DNA of 64,000 bases from assembly GCA_965215765.1 (NCBI GenBank), contig OZ244118.1, positions 2,415,801 to 2,479,800 on the forward strand, given 5' to 3'. This DNA is from an uncultured candidatus Porisulfidus sp. Lineage in GTDB: Bacteria; Pseudomonadota; Gammaproteobacteria; Poriferisulfidales; Oxydemutatoraceae. Of this stretch, positions 35,407 to 48,421 are shown piece by piece. Made by a program: the position numbers and the translations under genes. Every line of letters starts with the position of its first letter. The first letter of the stretch is position 1. The notes beneath the pieces were generated by a model that worked only from the letters and a program-made list of their open reading frames with translations, was not told the origin of the DNA and ran no database searches.

Positions 35407-38400
35407 TCAGCGAATCATACCGCCCAGGAATACCCTCAGGCGCAATTTCTTGACGTGATGCGGACCTGGTCTCGGCGTTGTCGGGATCTCGGGATCCCAG
35501 TTGATAAATTGACTCACTCCTGGCAGCTCAGCCACGCTGTCCCGAGGGAATGCCCGGACTTCGTACGCGACACCGCCCTGCAACCCCGTAAATTCCATCC
35601 TGACGGCTCCCCCGGGCGTCGGCATCGCAACAGACTGTTCCTCTATCAGTTCCCCGTATGAAAGCAGTTGTACCCGATACCCCAAGCCGAGCAATATTCC
35701 GTCAACCGGGGCTCCGAAATCAGCATGATCCGCAGTGCGTCCATAGCCATCATTCCCCGAATATTGCAAGTGTACCTGCACACGACCATTCGCCTTGTGC
35801 ATCAGCTGCATGGCCAATGTTCCCTCAAGAACGTCGAGCAAGGTAAATGCTGCTGTGCCCATCGCGCCCGTTCCGGCGCGGTTGACTGCCCGGAGCGAAT
35901 AGCGTATCTGCTCTCCTCCTGCGTGCTTCTTGCGCAGCTGCACCACGACATGGCCTGACAACACATAAGAAGTGGCGGTTCCCGAGACGGGGTGGCTTTT
36001 TCCGTCCACAAAAAGCTGGTAGCTGTCTATCGTCGCCCCGTTGCTGCTCGCCGCTTCCCAACTCAGGTTCACCCGATCTGCGGACTTCCACCTGGCTCGC
36101 AAGCCCGAAGGTCTGCCAGGCACCGCTATGGTGCTGAACGCGCTTCTGTTTTCGGATGCCTGGGCGGGCTCCCCGGTGCCAGCCCGGTTGCGTGCATAGA
36201 CCTGTAACGAATAGCTTCTCTTCGGCAGCAAGTCGGTGATCTCAATCTCGGTGTCAAAAGCACCTGCCGAGAAAAAGGTCTCGGTGCTGCGTCCTCCAGC
36301 ACTCACCACCACCACGTAGCCAAAACCGGAGCCTGCAACGCGATCAGAGGAAGACGCAAGCGCATCACCCGCCAGGGGAGCGCAATCGTCATGTCCCATG
36401 ATCATCAACACCAGGCGCGCAGTGGTTTGCCCGGGCACCAGCTCCGTTATCGTCGTCGCGCCCGGAAGACCGGGCAAATAGAAATGACCGACCGCCGGAT
36501 AGCCAGCGACATCTCCGCGCACAGCGCGAAGACGGTACGGGTGGGGGCAAGCCCCCTGGCTGTTTTTCCGAAACTCAGCCAGAAAATCTCCGTTGAAGTC
36601 AAAAGTCGGTGCTGTGACTTCCCGTATTGTTCCTGCCAGTTCAAGTTCGTACGAATCAACCGCTGGACTTCCCGCCGCCCAAGTAAAGCGCAGATGATCC
36701 GGAGATTCCCAGCTCACCGCCAAATCAACCGGTGCGGCAGGAATGTCGACAAGCGCGCGCAGCAAGGGCAACGTGCGGGTATTGCCAAAATGCCAGGCTC
36801 CCGGTTCCCAGCCGGCATAAGTCGTGGCACCTGCGCATCTTTGCCCCGCCGCAGTCGGGCAACGCAGCTGGGTCAGAGTGCGAGGTAAAGCACCTTCCGT
36901 CAAGCCACTGCCCACCAAAGATGCCTGTGCAGACACGGGTGCGTAACTGCGATCAATCACCGCATCCGGAGCAGAATAACCCGCCAGACTCCCGGTGCTG
37001 CCCGATTCCCCAACAACCCTGTTCGCTGCATAGCTGTCCTGTATGCGGCGGATATTGTTTCCGACCAGTCCCCCGATAGAGAAATGACCCCGCACCTCAC
37101 CGAGTGCATAGCTCGCATGGACAGAACCCGAGTTGATGCCCACCAGTCCGCCAACACGGCTATCTCCGCTGACCGACACGTCGGCATAGCTGTAGGCAAT
37201 GGTGCTTCCGCTGTAGCCGACCAGACCGCCGGCGCGCGAGCCGTCCACAGCGATGGCCGAACCTGTCGCGTAACAGTGCAAAATCGTGCTTCCCTGGCTA
37301 TAGCCAACCAGACCGCCAGCATTGTCCCGCCCTTCACCCGTGACGCGCACCGCCGCATCGGCACTGCTGTGCAAAATAGCGGCTCCCAGAGCCAGACCGG
37401 CCAGACCACCGGCAGACTCAAGCGCGCTTACTTGCGAAGCCCTCACCGTGCTGCCCACGACCCGACCTTTTGCTTTCACATAACCGACCAGACCGCCGAC
37501 GTATCTGCCCCCGCCAACCTCGGCACTGGCACCACTGTTGATCAACAATCCTCCGTTGCCACCCGCCAGCCCGCCAATGTTGAGCCCGGCTCTGTTGCCG
37601 GAAATCTGTGCGGACTTCACAACGCTGTTCATGACGGTTCCGTCGTTAAAGCCGACCAAGGCTCCGACGCTGTTTTTTCCTTTTACCCACGCATCAACGA
37701 GCACCACATCTTTGACGATCCCGTCTATTGCAACTCTGGAAAACAGGCCAACCGTATCCGTCTCCGGGCGGTTAATGTGCAGAGCAGAGATTTGCCGCCC
37801 TGCCCCGTCGAAAGTGCCTGAAAAAGGCTCTATCGGATGAAAACCGGCGCCGCCTGACCACTCCCGACTCGACCGGGCGTCAATATCTGCCACCTGCACA
37901 TAGTGAGCGTGCAGATCAGAGCGCACATCCTGCAGTTGGCACAACGTGCCAATTTGCCACGGGTTGTCGCCGCTGCCGTCACCCTGCGCACTTTTCAGAC
38001 CCTTGCCGGCGCATCCCGGAAAGCGGGTCACCGACCCGGATCGTTGACGGCGATCCGGTGCCCACCGTGTTATGGGCGAAGGCTTCCAGCCGATATGCAA
38101 AGGCACTTTTAAGCTCCGTAAATTCCATTGTGACCGGGCTCAGAGGACTCCCCAGCGGAATGTCGCGTTCTTCAACCAGCTCCCCGGACGCATACAGATG
38201 TATCCGGTAAGCCAGGTGCAAAGCCATGGCTTCCGCTGACGTTGCGTAATCAGCGTCACCCGGTTTGCGACCGTAGCCGTCATTGGCCGGGGCTGTAAAA
38301 CTGAGTCTCAGCGTGGAGACCCCCGGCACCACGTGCATATCAGCCGGAGAACCAGGAACATCCAGCAGGCGCACGGAAACACGGGCAGCTTCGCCAACAC

Positions 38401-41400
38401 CATAAAGGTTGTAGCCACGAACCGTTAAAAAGAGCGTATTCCCGCCTTCATGACGGGCGCGCAGCTTCTGCAACCAGTCCGATCCTCCCACGTAGTACAA
38501 CGATGCGGTTTCCTCAGCAGCGATCGATGGAGCCTCAATCCGGTAAGCGATCAGTTCTTTGGTGTGAAGCGGAGGCTCCCAACGCAGCAACAAGGCAGAC
38601 GGGGATTTCCACTGCGCGAGCAGGCGCAAGGGTTTGCCAGGAGTCTCAAAGCCCTGCAGAACCGGCAGCGTCCTGTAATCTCCGAAGGACCAGATCTCGG
38701 CACTCCAGCCTGAGTATGTTGACCTTCCCGCACACGCCAGGCCGGGGGCGGTGGGACAACGCAGTTGCTGTAGCGTCCGCAAGGAGCCTGATCCCTGCCC
38801 GGCGTCATCTGCCACAAAAGGCATGCCGCCACCATTGGGGCCATTGACGCGAGGCAACGCTGCTGCGTAGCTGTCGGTAATGCCTTCCGAACTGCTGCCG
38901 GCAAAACTTCCGGACTGTCCGGCTCCGGACACCGAGCCTGCCGCATAGCTGCGGCTGACGGTGCCCTGATTGTTTGCCACAAGACCCGCGACCAGACCTT
39001 CCCCGGTCACAAAAGCTGTTGTGTAACTGTCAGTCACCGAGCCCCGGTTGTCTGCGACCAGACCACCCGCCCGAACTGCTCCTGACACCGAGCCTCCGGC
39101 ATAGCTTGTATCAATACTCCCGGTTACCAGATTTCTTCCGACCAGGCCACCCGCTACTTGGCCTCCCGGCTCTGCCGTCAGCTGTGCCGCGCTGCCGCTG
39201 ATCATGCCTGCGTTGATACCGACGAGTCCTCCCGCCACTTGCCCGCCAAAAAGTGAGCCCGTCACCCCGCTGTTCACGATCCTTCCTCCCTCGTTCCTGC
39301 CCGCCAGAGCACCCACGTTGACGCTTCCCCAAAGCTGTGCGTTCACCAGCACGACCTGCTGCAATAACCCGCCCCGAAGCTGCGCAAACATGCCGACATC
39401 TTCCAGCGCCTCAGAGCGCACCCTTAAATGGAAAATCTGATGACCGGCGCCATCAAGGGAACCGGAAAAATCAGCAATCGGCGCAAAGCCTTTTCCGGCT
39501 CGCCAGTCCCGGGATGGACCTGCCTCAATATCGCTTGCCAGCCGGTAGTGGGCTGCAGGAACAGAGCGAATGTCCTGCAATTGGCACAGCGTGGCAATCT
39601 GCCAGGGATTGTCCTCGCTGCCCGAACCGCCTGCCGATGCCAGGGCTTCCCCGTCGCACTGCCAGGGACGGGTAAATGCCGACAGGAAAAATGACGACCC
39701 TTCTCCAACATTGTTATAGGGCGTCGCCTCCACTTCATAGCGGCTATTGCTTGCCAGACCCGAAAATTCCACAACTGCGGATGTTTCGCCAGCTGTGTGC
39801 GCACGCTCCCGCTCCTGCACCAGTTCTCCCCCGGCGTACAACCGTACCCGGTAACCCAAACCTGAAGAAACCCCGACACTCGTATATCCGTAAGCCGGGT
39901 CTTCCGGTGATTGGCCGTAGCCGTCGTCAGCCGGAGCCATAAGAAACACCTGCAGCGAAAATGCCTGCGCCGATGCCCGAACGACCGTCAATTTGCCTGG
40001 GGCTCTCAGCAGTCTGATCACAACCGTCGTCGCTTCGCTCATGCCATGGCGGTTATATCCACGCACGCTGACTTGCAAGGTACTGTCCCTATATTCGGAA
40101 CGGAGGTTTTTCACCAGGTGCCTGCCGAGCGTAAAAGATGCGGATCCCGTTTCCAGGGAACGCCCTGCCACCTCCACCCAATAGCCGGCGTTCAGACTTC
40201 CTGTTTTCGCGGCTGTCCAGTTCAGTTCCAGATCACCTTCCAGGTTCCATCGCGCCTGCAGGCGTGAAGGGGGAGCAGGTGGCACTGCTTGCAGGGCGCG
40301 ATGGGTCGGGAGCGTCTGCTCGTCCCCGAAATACCAGATTTTGGTGCTCCAGCCGGAGTAACTGATTGCTCCCTGGCACGTGTCTCCCGGCAAAAGAGGA
40401 CACTGCAATTGCGCCAGCGTGCGGGAAAAATTGTTTTCTGTGGCGTCCTCTTCCCCGCTGCCCACGAGTTCCAGCGCGCTGCTGCCGACACCCGGCTCCA
40501 AGGCGTAATTCGCAACCATATCGGTGCCCACGGATTGCCCCACCAGCATGCCCGCCTGATTGTTCCCGTTAACCAGACCTGTCGCATAACTGTCCTCAAT
40601 ACTGATGTTTCTGTTGCGGAAGTGACCACTGTTTCCCGCCAGGCCGCCTACCTGCACATTCCCGCTGACCGAACCAGTCGCATAACTGTCGTCAATCGAG
40701 CCTCGACTGGTTCTTCCCACCAGCCCGCCTGCCTGCACATTCCCGCTGACCGCTCCGGTCGCATGGCTTCTGAGGATTGACCCTGAGTTGAGACCCACCA
40801 GACCTCCCACACGGTCCCCCGCGCCGATAACCATGCTGTCCGAGTAGCTGTCAACTATGGAATAGGGATGATCGTGCTGACCCACCAACCCGCCCACATC
40901 CTCTACCCCATTGACCGCTCCTGCCGAATAAGAGCCGCTTATAAAGCCATGGTTATAACCCGCCAGCCCGCCTACATATTGATGCCCGCTTACCGTTGAC
41001 TGCGCGTGGCAGTGGTAGATCGGAGCCACATTGAACCCCACCAGCCCACCAACACTGTTTGCGCCGCTCACACTTCCTCTCGCGTGCGAACTGCGTATCC
41101 TCGCGCCCCAGGCATTCCTGCCCACCAGTCCGCCTATCATGTTGCCGTGCCTCTGGAAATCAACCGTTCCGACAACGGTAGACTCCGAATGGCTGAGCTT
41201 GATTAAGCCATGATTCTCACCTGCCACTCCTCCCACACGATTCCGCCCGCCTATCAACCCAGTCACCGTGCTGCCCTTGATGCTTCCATTTGCCGCAACG
41301 CGTCCTGCCAGGGCTCCTGTTGCATTTCTGCCCCGCACCGTAACATTCACGAGTGCCAGCCTTTGCAGAGCACCACCGTTGAGCTTCCCGAACAGCCCGA

Positions 41401-44400
41401 CATGGTCTGCTTGCCCAGGATTGATCAAAAGACTCAGAATACTGTGACCACTCCCGTCCAGAGAGCCGGAAAAAGATTCAATCGGTGGAAAACCCTTTCC
41501 GTCTCGCCACTCGTGGCTTTGCTTCGCGTCTATATCGTTTGCCACCCGATAATCAGCTGCCGTGTCGTAACGTATTTCATGCAACTGGCAAAGTGTGCCG
41601 ATCTGCCAGGGGTCATCCTCGCTGCCAGAGCCCGCTGCCGTTATCACCGCTGCCCATGGACACGCGCCAACGTAGGTGAAAACCGGTGCTATCACCGTTG
41701 TTGAGCCTGCGCCCGTCTTGTTTCTGGCAAACATCCTGACTTCGTACCTGGAACCACCTTCCAGGCCTGAAAACTCCACTACGGTCGTGCTTGACCATTC
41801 CTGCTGTGTCACACGCCGCACTTCTTTCAACAGGCCTTTTGAAAACAGTTGCACGTGGTATGCGAGATCCAGCGCAACTCCGCCTGCCGGCTCCCCGTAC
41901 ACGTTGCTGCCCGGTGCGCGTCCGTAGCCATCATCAGCGGCTCCGGTAATGGTGACCTGTATTGTTGACAGCCCCGAAGCTGTCTGAGTCCCCACCTCCC
42001 CCGGAACTTTCATCAAATGGAAACTTCCCGACGCTGCATCTCCCGCAACGCCTCCTTTTACGCCGCGTATGGAATAGTGGATTTCACTGCCGCTGACGTA
42101 ATGCTCACGCAATTCAGCCATTAATGAGCCGCCAAGCGCGAAACGGGTTCCCTCGGTGTCTCGAATGATTCCGCCCACCTCCACCTCAAAAGAATTCACG
42201 GCAACTCCTTGATGCCACCCCCACTGCAGCGTCAATCCACCTCTCGAATTCCAGTTTGCACGGACTGCATGCGGGGCAACGGGAACATCCGTAACTGTCC
42301 GGAGCACGGGCAGCATGCGAGAGTTCCCGAAATACCAAATCCTCGTATCCCAACCCAGATACACACCAGCTGCCCGACAAAGATTGACGGGCAACATCGA
42401 GCACTTCATCTGCTCCACGGTGCGCAAATCACTGCCCTGTACTGCACCGTTATCCTCGCCCAGGAGGCTGTCCCCGTCGCCCAGCTTGCTGGCATAACTG
42501 CGGTCTATCGTGCCACCATTGACTCCGACCAGCCTGCCCGGCAAATCAGTTCCGCCTACAGCACCCGTGCTATAGGCACTTCTGACCAAGCCGCTGTTTT
42601 CGCCGACCAGTCCACCTGTCTGACTGTCTCCGGTCACTACGCCTCGTGCGTAACTGTTACCAATGCTTCCCCAGTTTTCGCCGACCAGACCCCCAACCTG
42701 GTTCTTTCCAGTCACACGTGCGTTCACGTTTGTATGGCTGTTCACGATGCTGGCGTTGCCCCCGTTCACACCCACCAGACCACCTGCCTGACTGCCTCCG
42801 GACACCGGGCCTTGTGCGTAGCTGTCACTGATGCTTCCCTTGTTATCGCCGACCAGACCACCTGCCTGACTGCCTCCGGACACCAGGCCTTGTGCGTAGC
42901 TGTCACTGATGCTTCCCTTGTTATCGCCCACCAGACCCCCAACCTGGTTCTTTCCAGTCACACGTACTCGCCCGTTTGTATAGCTATTCACGATCCTGGC
43001 GTTGCCCTCGCTCACACCCACCAGACCACCCACCTGACTGTCTCCGGACACTACGCTTTGCGCGTGGCTGTTGCTGATGCTTCCCCAGTTTTCGCCGACC
43101 AGACCCCCGACCTGGTTCTTTCCACGTACTTGCCCCTTGCTGTGGCTACTCACGATGCTGGCGTTTTTCAGGTTCATACCTACCAGACCGCCTACCTGAC
43201 TGTCTCCGGACACCGTGCTCCACGTGTAGCTGTCACTGATGCTTCCCCAGTTTTCGCCGACCAGACCCCCGACCTTGTTCTTTCCACGTACTTGCCTAAG
43301 TGCATGGCTACTCACGATCCTGGCTTCGTTCACACCCACCAAGCCCCCAATCCCGGGGGCTGCTCCGACAACATAGCTCTCCGTGTAGCTGCCACTGATG
43401 GTGCCGCCAAGGTGCCAACCCACCAGACCACCCACGTAGCCCCTCCCTGAGGCATGAGTCCCGGTCACATCTCCAGTCGCATCGCTGGAAGTGACCGAAC
43501 CCCTGTTTTTGCCCACCAGACCTCCGACTTGATTGCCTCCTGTTACTGCACCCCTCGCATGACTGCCCACAATCGTGCCACCGTCATTCTGACCCACCAG
43601 ACCGCCGGAAACCCATGTGTTGCGAGAATTCTTCCCAACCCTTACCGTCGACGTGCTGTTACGAATGACACCGCCCCGATTCAGGCCAACCAGCCCACCG
43701 ATGGTTTTGCCCCCGTCAACCTTGCCATCAACCATGCTGCCCTCAATCGTCCCCCGATCGTTCAGCCCAACCAGAGAACCGACATTCACTCCGCCGTTCG
43801 TCGAAAAATTCACCAGCTTCACGCGCTTCAGCAAGCCACCCTGCAACTCGCCAAACAACCCTGTGTTCTCGAATTCTCCGGCTGTTGCACTGACCTTCAA
43901 ATTGGAAATTTTGTAACCGTTGCCATCATAGGTGCCAGAAAAACCCTTGATCGGTGCAAAACCGTCTTTCCAGCCATGCGTCATCGTCGTTGCGTCTATA
44001 TCCTTGATCTGGACGTAGTGCGACTGAGGCGATGCTTCCATGTCGCGCAAATGGCACAGGTTTTCTACCTGGTAGGGATCAGTTTCAGTTCCGGAACCTG
44101 CCATGGCCTGCGAACTTATAGCGCACGCCTGATCTGGATCCATGTAGGGAAATTGGCTGCCGTTGTAATAGGTGTCTCCGTAATTGAGAATGTTGAAGGC
44201 TCTTTCGTCCGTGTAAATCCCTCCCATCCCATAATAAAATGAGGTGCAATCCCGACCCTCCTCGCCCGGATGGGCATTTAGAACCCCTATCATCATGCCG
44301 GTCTTTTTATAAAATGCGGATGAGCCGGACGCTCCAAACGTAGGAGAGATGCCCTTATACGTTAAATCCAAAAACCAGCAAATCGCTCCTTCGCAGAAAG

Positions 44401-45664
44401 GCGGGCCGCCTCTCTTACCGCCGACGCTCCCGAGTGAATCGGTCGCTGCCACTGCACTTTCAAACTCACCCAGCTGCTGAGGCTTGGAGCCAGAGTGGTG
44501 TACGGAGAAACCACTGAAAGTATCGGTAGTGCGGGTCATCCACTCCAGCAATTTATAATCTCCGTGCCCGATAAACCGTCCAGTAAGACGCACAATCGCC
44601 CAATCTCCACCCTCATCTCCCGGCACTCTTGCCTTTCCTGCCACGTATCTCACACCAAAGGCGTATGAATCACCAGGAAGACCGATGAAGAATGGCAAAA
44701 ACGGTTTGTCCACAGTGTTAGCGTACGCTTCAGGGAAAAGGTGAAACGCTGTCAGAATGTAGGGGGCTCCATCACCTGACTTGTTCTTTATAAAACTCCC
44801 AGTCCCGCAGCCAGCATCTCCGCCAAAATAGCGGCACATGCTTACGACACCTTTGGTCACATCCCGCACGTAAGCCGGGCTGTCGCTGTTTACATAGTTA
44901 TTGTTACCGGAAACAAATTCGTTGATGTTTGCGCGCTCGCAACTGTCGGCTTGTCTCCGAGGTGCCAGGTTCCTGACTCCCTCTCCGTATAAAACTCCGT
45001 TGTTATCCTTAAATGTGTGGCTCACTTTTTCGACCGAAAAAGGAAAATCGCCTGGCTCCAGGTGGTAACTGTCCGGAACCCAAAACTCTATGACAACGGT
45101 ATCACCAGACACCGGGAACGCCACAAAGCTGCCATCATTACGTGACAAGCCACGTCCCGTGTACTCTACGACCTCTTCATTGCTGTCTCCGGCGAAGGCA
45201 TAGACATTCACCGACATGCCCGGGTCGAGGGGAAACCCAGAAAAATGCAACCACAGCTGCAGGGCAGACGGAGAGCGAATCTGCGCCTGCCAGACATCAA
45301 GACCGTCTTCCTGTTTGACCAGTGCCCAGTTGGAACGCCTTAAATGGACGTCCCGGGCAAAGCTGGTGTAGTTGATCGTTGTCTCACGGAGCAGTTCACG
45401 AATTTGCTCTTGTTCCCGGGTACTGAAAGGCCCCAAGTCCAGTTGCTGTGCGCGGGCAGGATACAGAGTTCGAGTGGCTTCCCGGGCATTCCTCCCCTCC
45501 GAAAAGGGATAGGACGCATAGCCTTGATCTGCCAGAGATTCCTGATCCTGGCCGAAAACAAGAGAGCTCGACGTGATGATAGATACACCCACGAACAGCC
45601 ACTTCAGCCAACCATGGCTGCCGGAAATCTGCGTATCCGAAAATCTGAAACCTGCTTCTTTCAT
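35407..45664 (-). pseudogene. Giant GLUG/S1-protease paralog 2 (about 3,419 codons), interrupted by a +1 frameshift near 38044-38048 (ORF 37979..45664 of 2561 aa, then ORF 35407..38106 of 899 aa). Could be an authentic pseudogene, or a sequencing/assembly error in a repeat.
   Basis: The two ORFs overlap by 128 nt. Paralog 1 has 'gggtcaccgtccggatcg' where paralog 2 has 'gggtcaccgacccggatcg'. The protein is collinear with paralog 1 on both sides of the break ('...STIR' | 'VTRFPGCAGKGLKSAQGDG'). Confidence 0.65.
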
Positions 45665-47305
45665 TGTGAGTGCTTACGAGCCATGCGGGCAGAGAAAAGA
45701 GAGCCTGGCCATCCTGAGACATAAAATTCCCTGCACCACATTCGCTATCTGTTCTTCATGGCTACGCACTGAGCGATCCTCTGGCTCTGACCTTCACTCA
45801 CTCTCTGATGTCCCAGTACGGCTGTACGCGGTCAGGATACAGAGTTCGAGTGGCTTCCCGGGCATTCCTCCCCTCCGAAAAGGGATAGGACGCATAGCCT
45901 TGTTCTGCCAGAGACTCCTGATCCTGGCCGAAAACGAGTGAGCTTGACGTGATGATGGTTACACCCACGAGTAGCCACTTCCGCCAACCATGGCTGCCGG
46001 AAATCTGTGTATCCGGAAATCTGAAATCTGCTTTTTTCATTGTGAATGCCTACGAGCCATGCAGGCGGAGAAAAGAGAGCCTGACCACCCTGAGACATAA
46101 AATTCCCTGCACCACATTCGCTATCTGTTCTCCATGGCTGACGCACTGAGCGATCCTCTGGCTCTGACCTTCACTCACTCTCTGATGTCCCAGCACGGCT
46201 GTACGCAGGCAGGATACAGAGTTCGAGTGACTTCCCGGGCATTCCTCCCCTCAAAAAAGGGATGGGACGCGAAGCCTTGTTCTGCCAGAGATTCCTGATC
46301 TTGGCCGACAGCAAACGCGCTTGACGTGATGATGGTTACACCCACGAGCAGCCACTTCAGCCAACCATGGCTGCCGGAAATCTGCGCGTCCGGAAATCTG
46401 AAACCTGCTTCCTTCATTGTGAATGCCTACGAGCCATGCGGGCGGAGAAAAGAGAGCCTGACCACCCTGAGACATAAAATTCCCTGCACCACATTCGCTA
46501 TCTGTTCTCCATGGCTGACGCACTGAGCGATCCTCTGGCTCTGACCTTCACTCACTCTCTGATGTCCCAGCACGGCTGTACGCAGGCAGGATACAGAGTT
46601 CGAGTGGCTTCCGGAACATTCCCCCCCTCAAAAAAGGGATGGGACGCGAAGCCTTGTTCTGCCAGAGATTCCTGATCCTGGCCGAAAACGAGTGAGCTTG
46701 ACGTGACGATGGATACACCCACGAGTAGCCACTTCCGCCAACCATGGCTGCCGGAAATCTGTGTATCCGGAAATCTGAAATCTGCTTTTTTCATTGTGAA
46801 TGCCTACGAGCCATGCAGGCGGAGAAAAGAGAGCCTGACCACCCTGAGACATAAAATTCCCTGCACCACATTCGCTATCTGTTCTCCATGGCTGACGCAC
46901 TGAGCGATCCTCTGGCTCTGACCTTCACTCACTCTCTGATGTCCCAGCACGGCTGTACGCAGGCAGGATACAGAGTTCGAGTGACTTCCCGGGCATTCCT
47001 CCCCTCAAAAAAGGGATGGGACGCGAAGCCTTGTTCTGCCAGAGATTCCTGATCCTGGCCGAAAATGAGTGAGCTTGACGTGATGATGGATACACCCACG
47101 AGTAGCCACTTCCGCCAACCATGGCTGCCGGAAATCTGTGTATCCGGAAATCTGAAATCTGCTTTTTTCATTGTGAATGCCTACGAGCCATGCAGGCGGA
47201 GAAAAGAGAGCCTGACCACCCTGAGACATAAAATTCCTTGCACCACATTCGCTATCTGTTCTCCATGGCTGACGCACTGAGCGATCCTCTGGCTCTGACC
47301 TTCAC
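45665..47305 (-). repeat. 4.3 tandem copies of a 377-bp unit that duplicates the giant-gene 5' leader (about 150 bp) plus start codon and first ~68 codons. Each copy ends in an 80-aa signal-peptide ORF (MKKADFRFPDTQISGSHGW...).
   Basis: Start codons of the leader-ORFs at 46040, 46417, 46794 and 47171 (period 377). Breakpoint just after codons '...RTLYPA'. Confidence 0.9.
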
Positions 47306-47719
47306 TCACTCTCTGATGTCCCAGCACGGCTGTACGCGCCGAAAAATCACTAGTGGGTCAATTGTACAAAATAACGCCCATTTCAGCAAATTATTATAAG
47401 AAGATACCGGCCTCATCCGACCGGAAAACCCCGAAAACAGTACCAAGGTGTGCAGTCTTATTTGTGAGCTTTTTGGTCTCCAAGGGGGTGAATCAGTGGC
47501 AATAGTCGGCACTGCAACTTCCTGTTTTTAACCACGAAAAACGTGAAAGTTGGTATTTGCAATTCGTATGATTTCAGTTTTGTGACAGCTTCCAAAGTTC
47601 ACCAAAAGCCCCAATTCAAGGCCTGTTGTTTTAAGACAATTCAACAGTTGTGCTTCATGCTCATCAACAATGTTTGTCATGGCAGATATAGTCAGGCTTA
47701 TGGACTTGCTTTAAAGGTT

Positions 47720-48421
47720 CACCCTCTGTGCCTTAAAAGAAGTGCTCCTTATGGGAAACTCCTTCTCCGGACACTCCTGATCCACTGCCTCAAGAAAACC
47801 ACACCTTCATCAGAAAACAAAACCCTTTCGTTTTTTCGGGCTATTAAACTCGTGGTTCATGGTTTCTCTCCAGTTGCCCGGGCTCTTCATCAAAGGAATG
47901 CTCCTTATGGAAAACTCCTTCTCCAGACACTCCTGATGCACTGCCTCAAGGAAAATACACCTCACTTCCCTGAACCGCATGGCATTCATCAGAAAACAAA
48001 ACCTTTTCGCATTTTAGCGGTTATTAAACTCGTGGTTCATAGCTCTCTCGCCAGCTGCCCGGGCTCTTCACCAAAGGAATGCTCGTTATGGAAAACTCCT
48101 TCTCCGGACACTCCTGATGCACTGCCTCAAGGAAACCACACCTCATTTCCCTGAATCGCATGGCATTCATCAGGAAATAAAATTTTTCGTATATTTCGCG
48201 GTTATTAAACTCATGGTTCATAGCTCTCTCGCCAGTTACCCGGGCTCTTCACCAAAGGAATGATCCTTATGGAAAACTCCTTCTCCGGACACTCCTGATG
48301 CACTGCCTCTTAGAAACTCCTTCTCCAAACACTCCTGGCACACTGCCTCAAGTAAGCCACACATTCATCAGAAAACAAAACCTTTTCGCGTTTTTCGCGG
48401 TTGTTAAATTCGTGTATGCCC
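47720..48421. repeat. Downstream repeat family, about 181-bp unit (about 4-5 copies), abutting the stop codon of paralog 3
   Basis: '(t/c)tattaaactc(g/a)tggttcat' at 47842, 48022, 48202 and 48402. 'ttatgg(g)aaaactcc' at 47749, 47905, 48086 and 48267. Confidence 0.85.

Noticed and set aside
45798-47171. 80-aa 'MKKADFRFPDTQISGSHGW...' ORFs as a family of small secreted-protein genes
   Set aside because: Each is a truncated copy of the giant-gene start created by the 377-bp leader duplication, so they are not annotated as CDS. Their possible translation is kept as a hypothesis in the findings.
47543-48154. 203-aa plus-strand ORF through the conserved spacer and 181-bp repeats (and the analogous 60927..61232, 61504..61920)
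   Set aside because: It is internally repetitive because it translates the tandem repeat. It lies on the opposite strand to the whole locus and has no RBS. Most likely non-coding.
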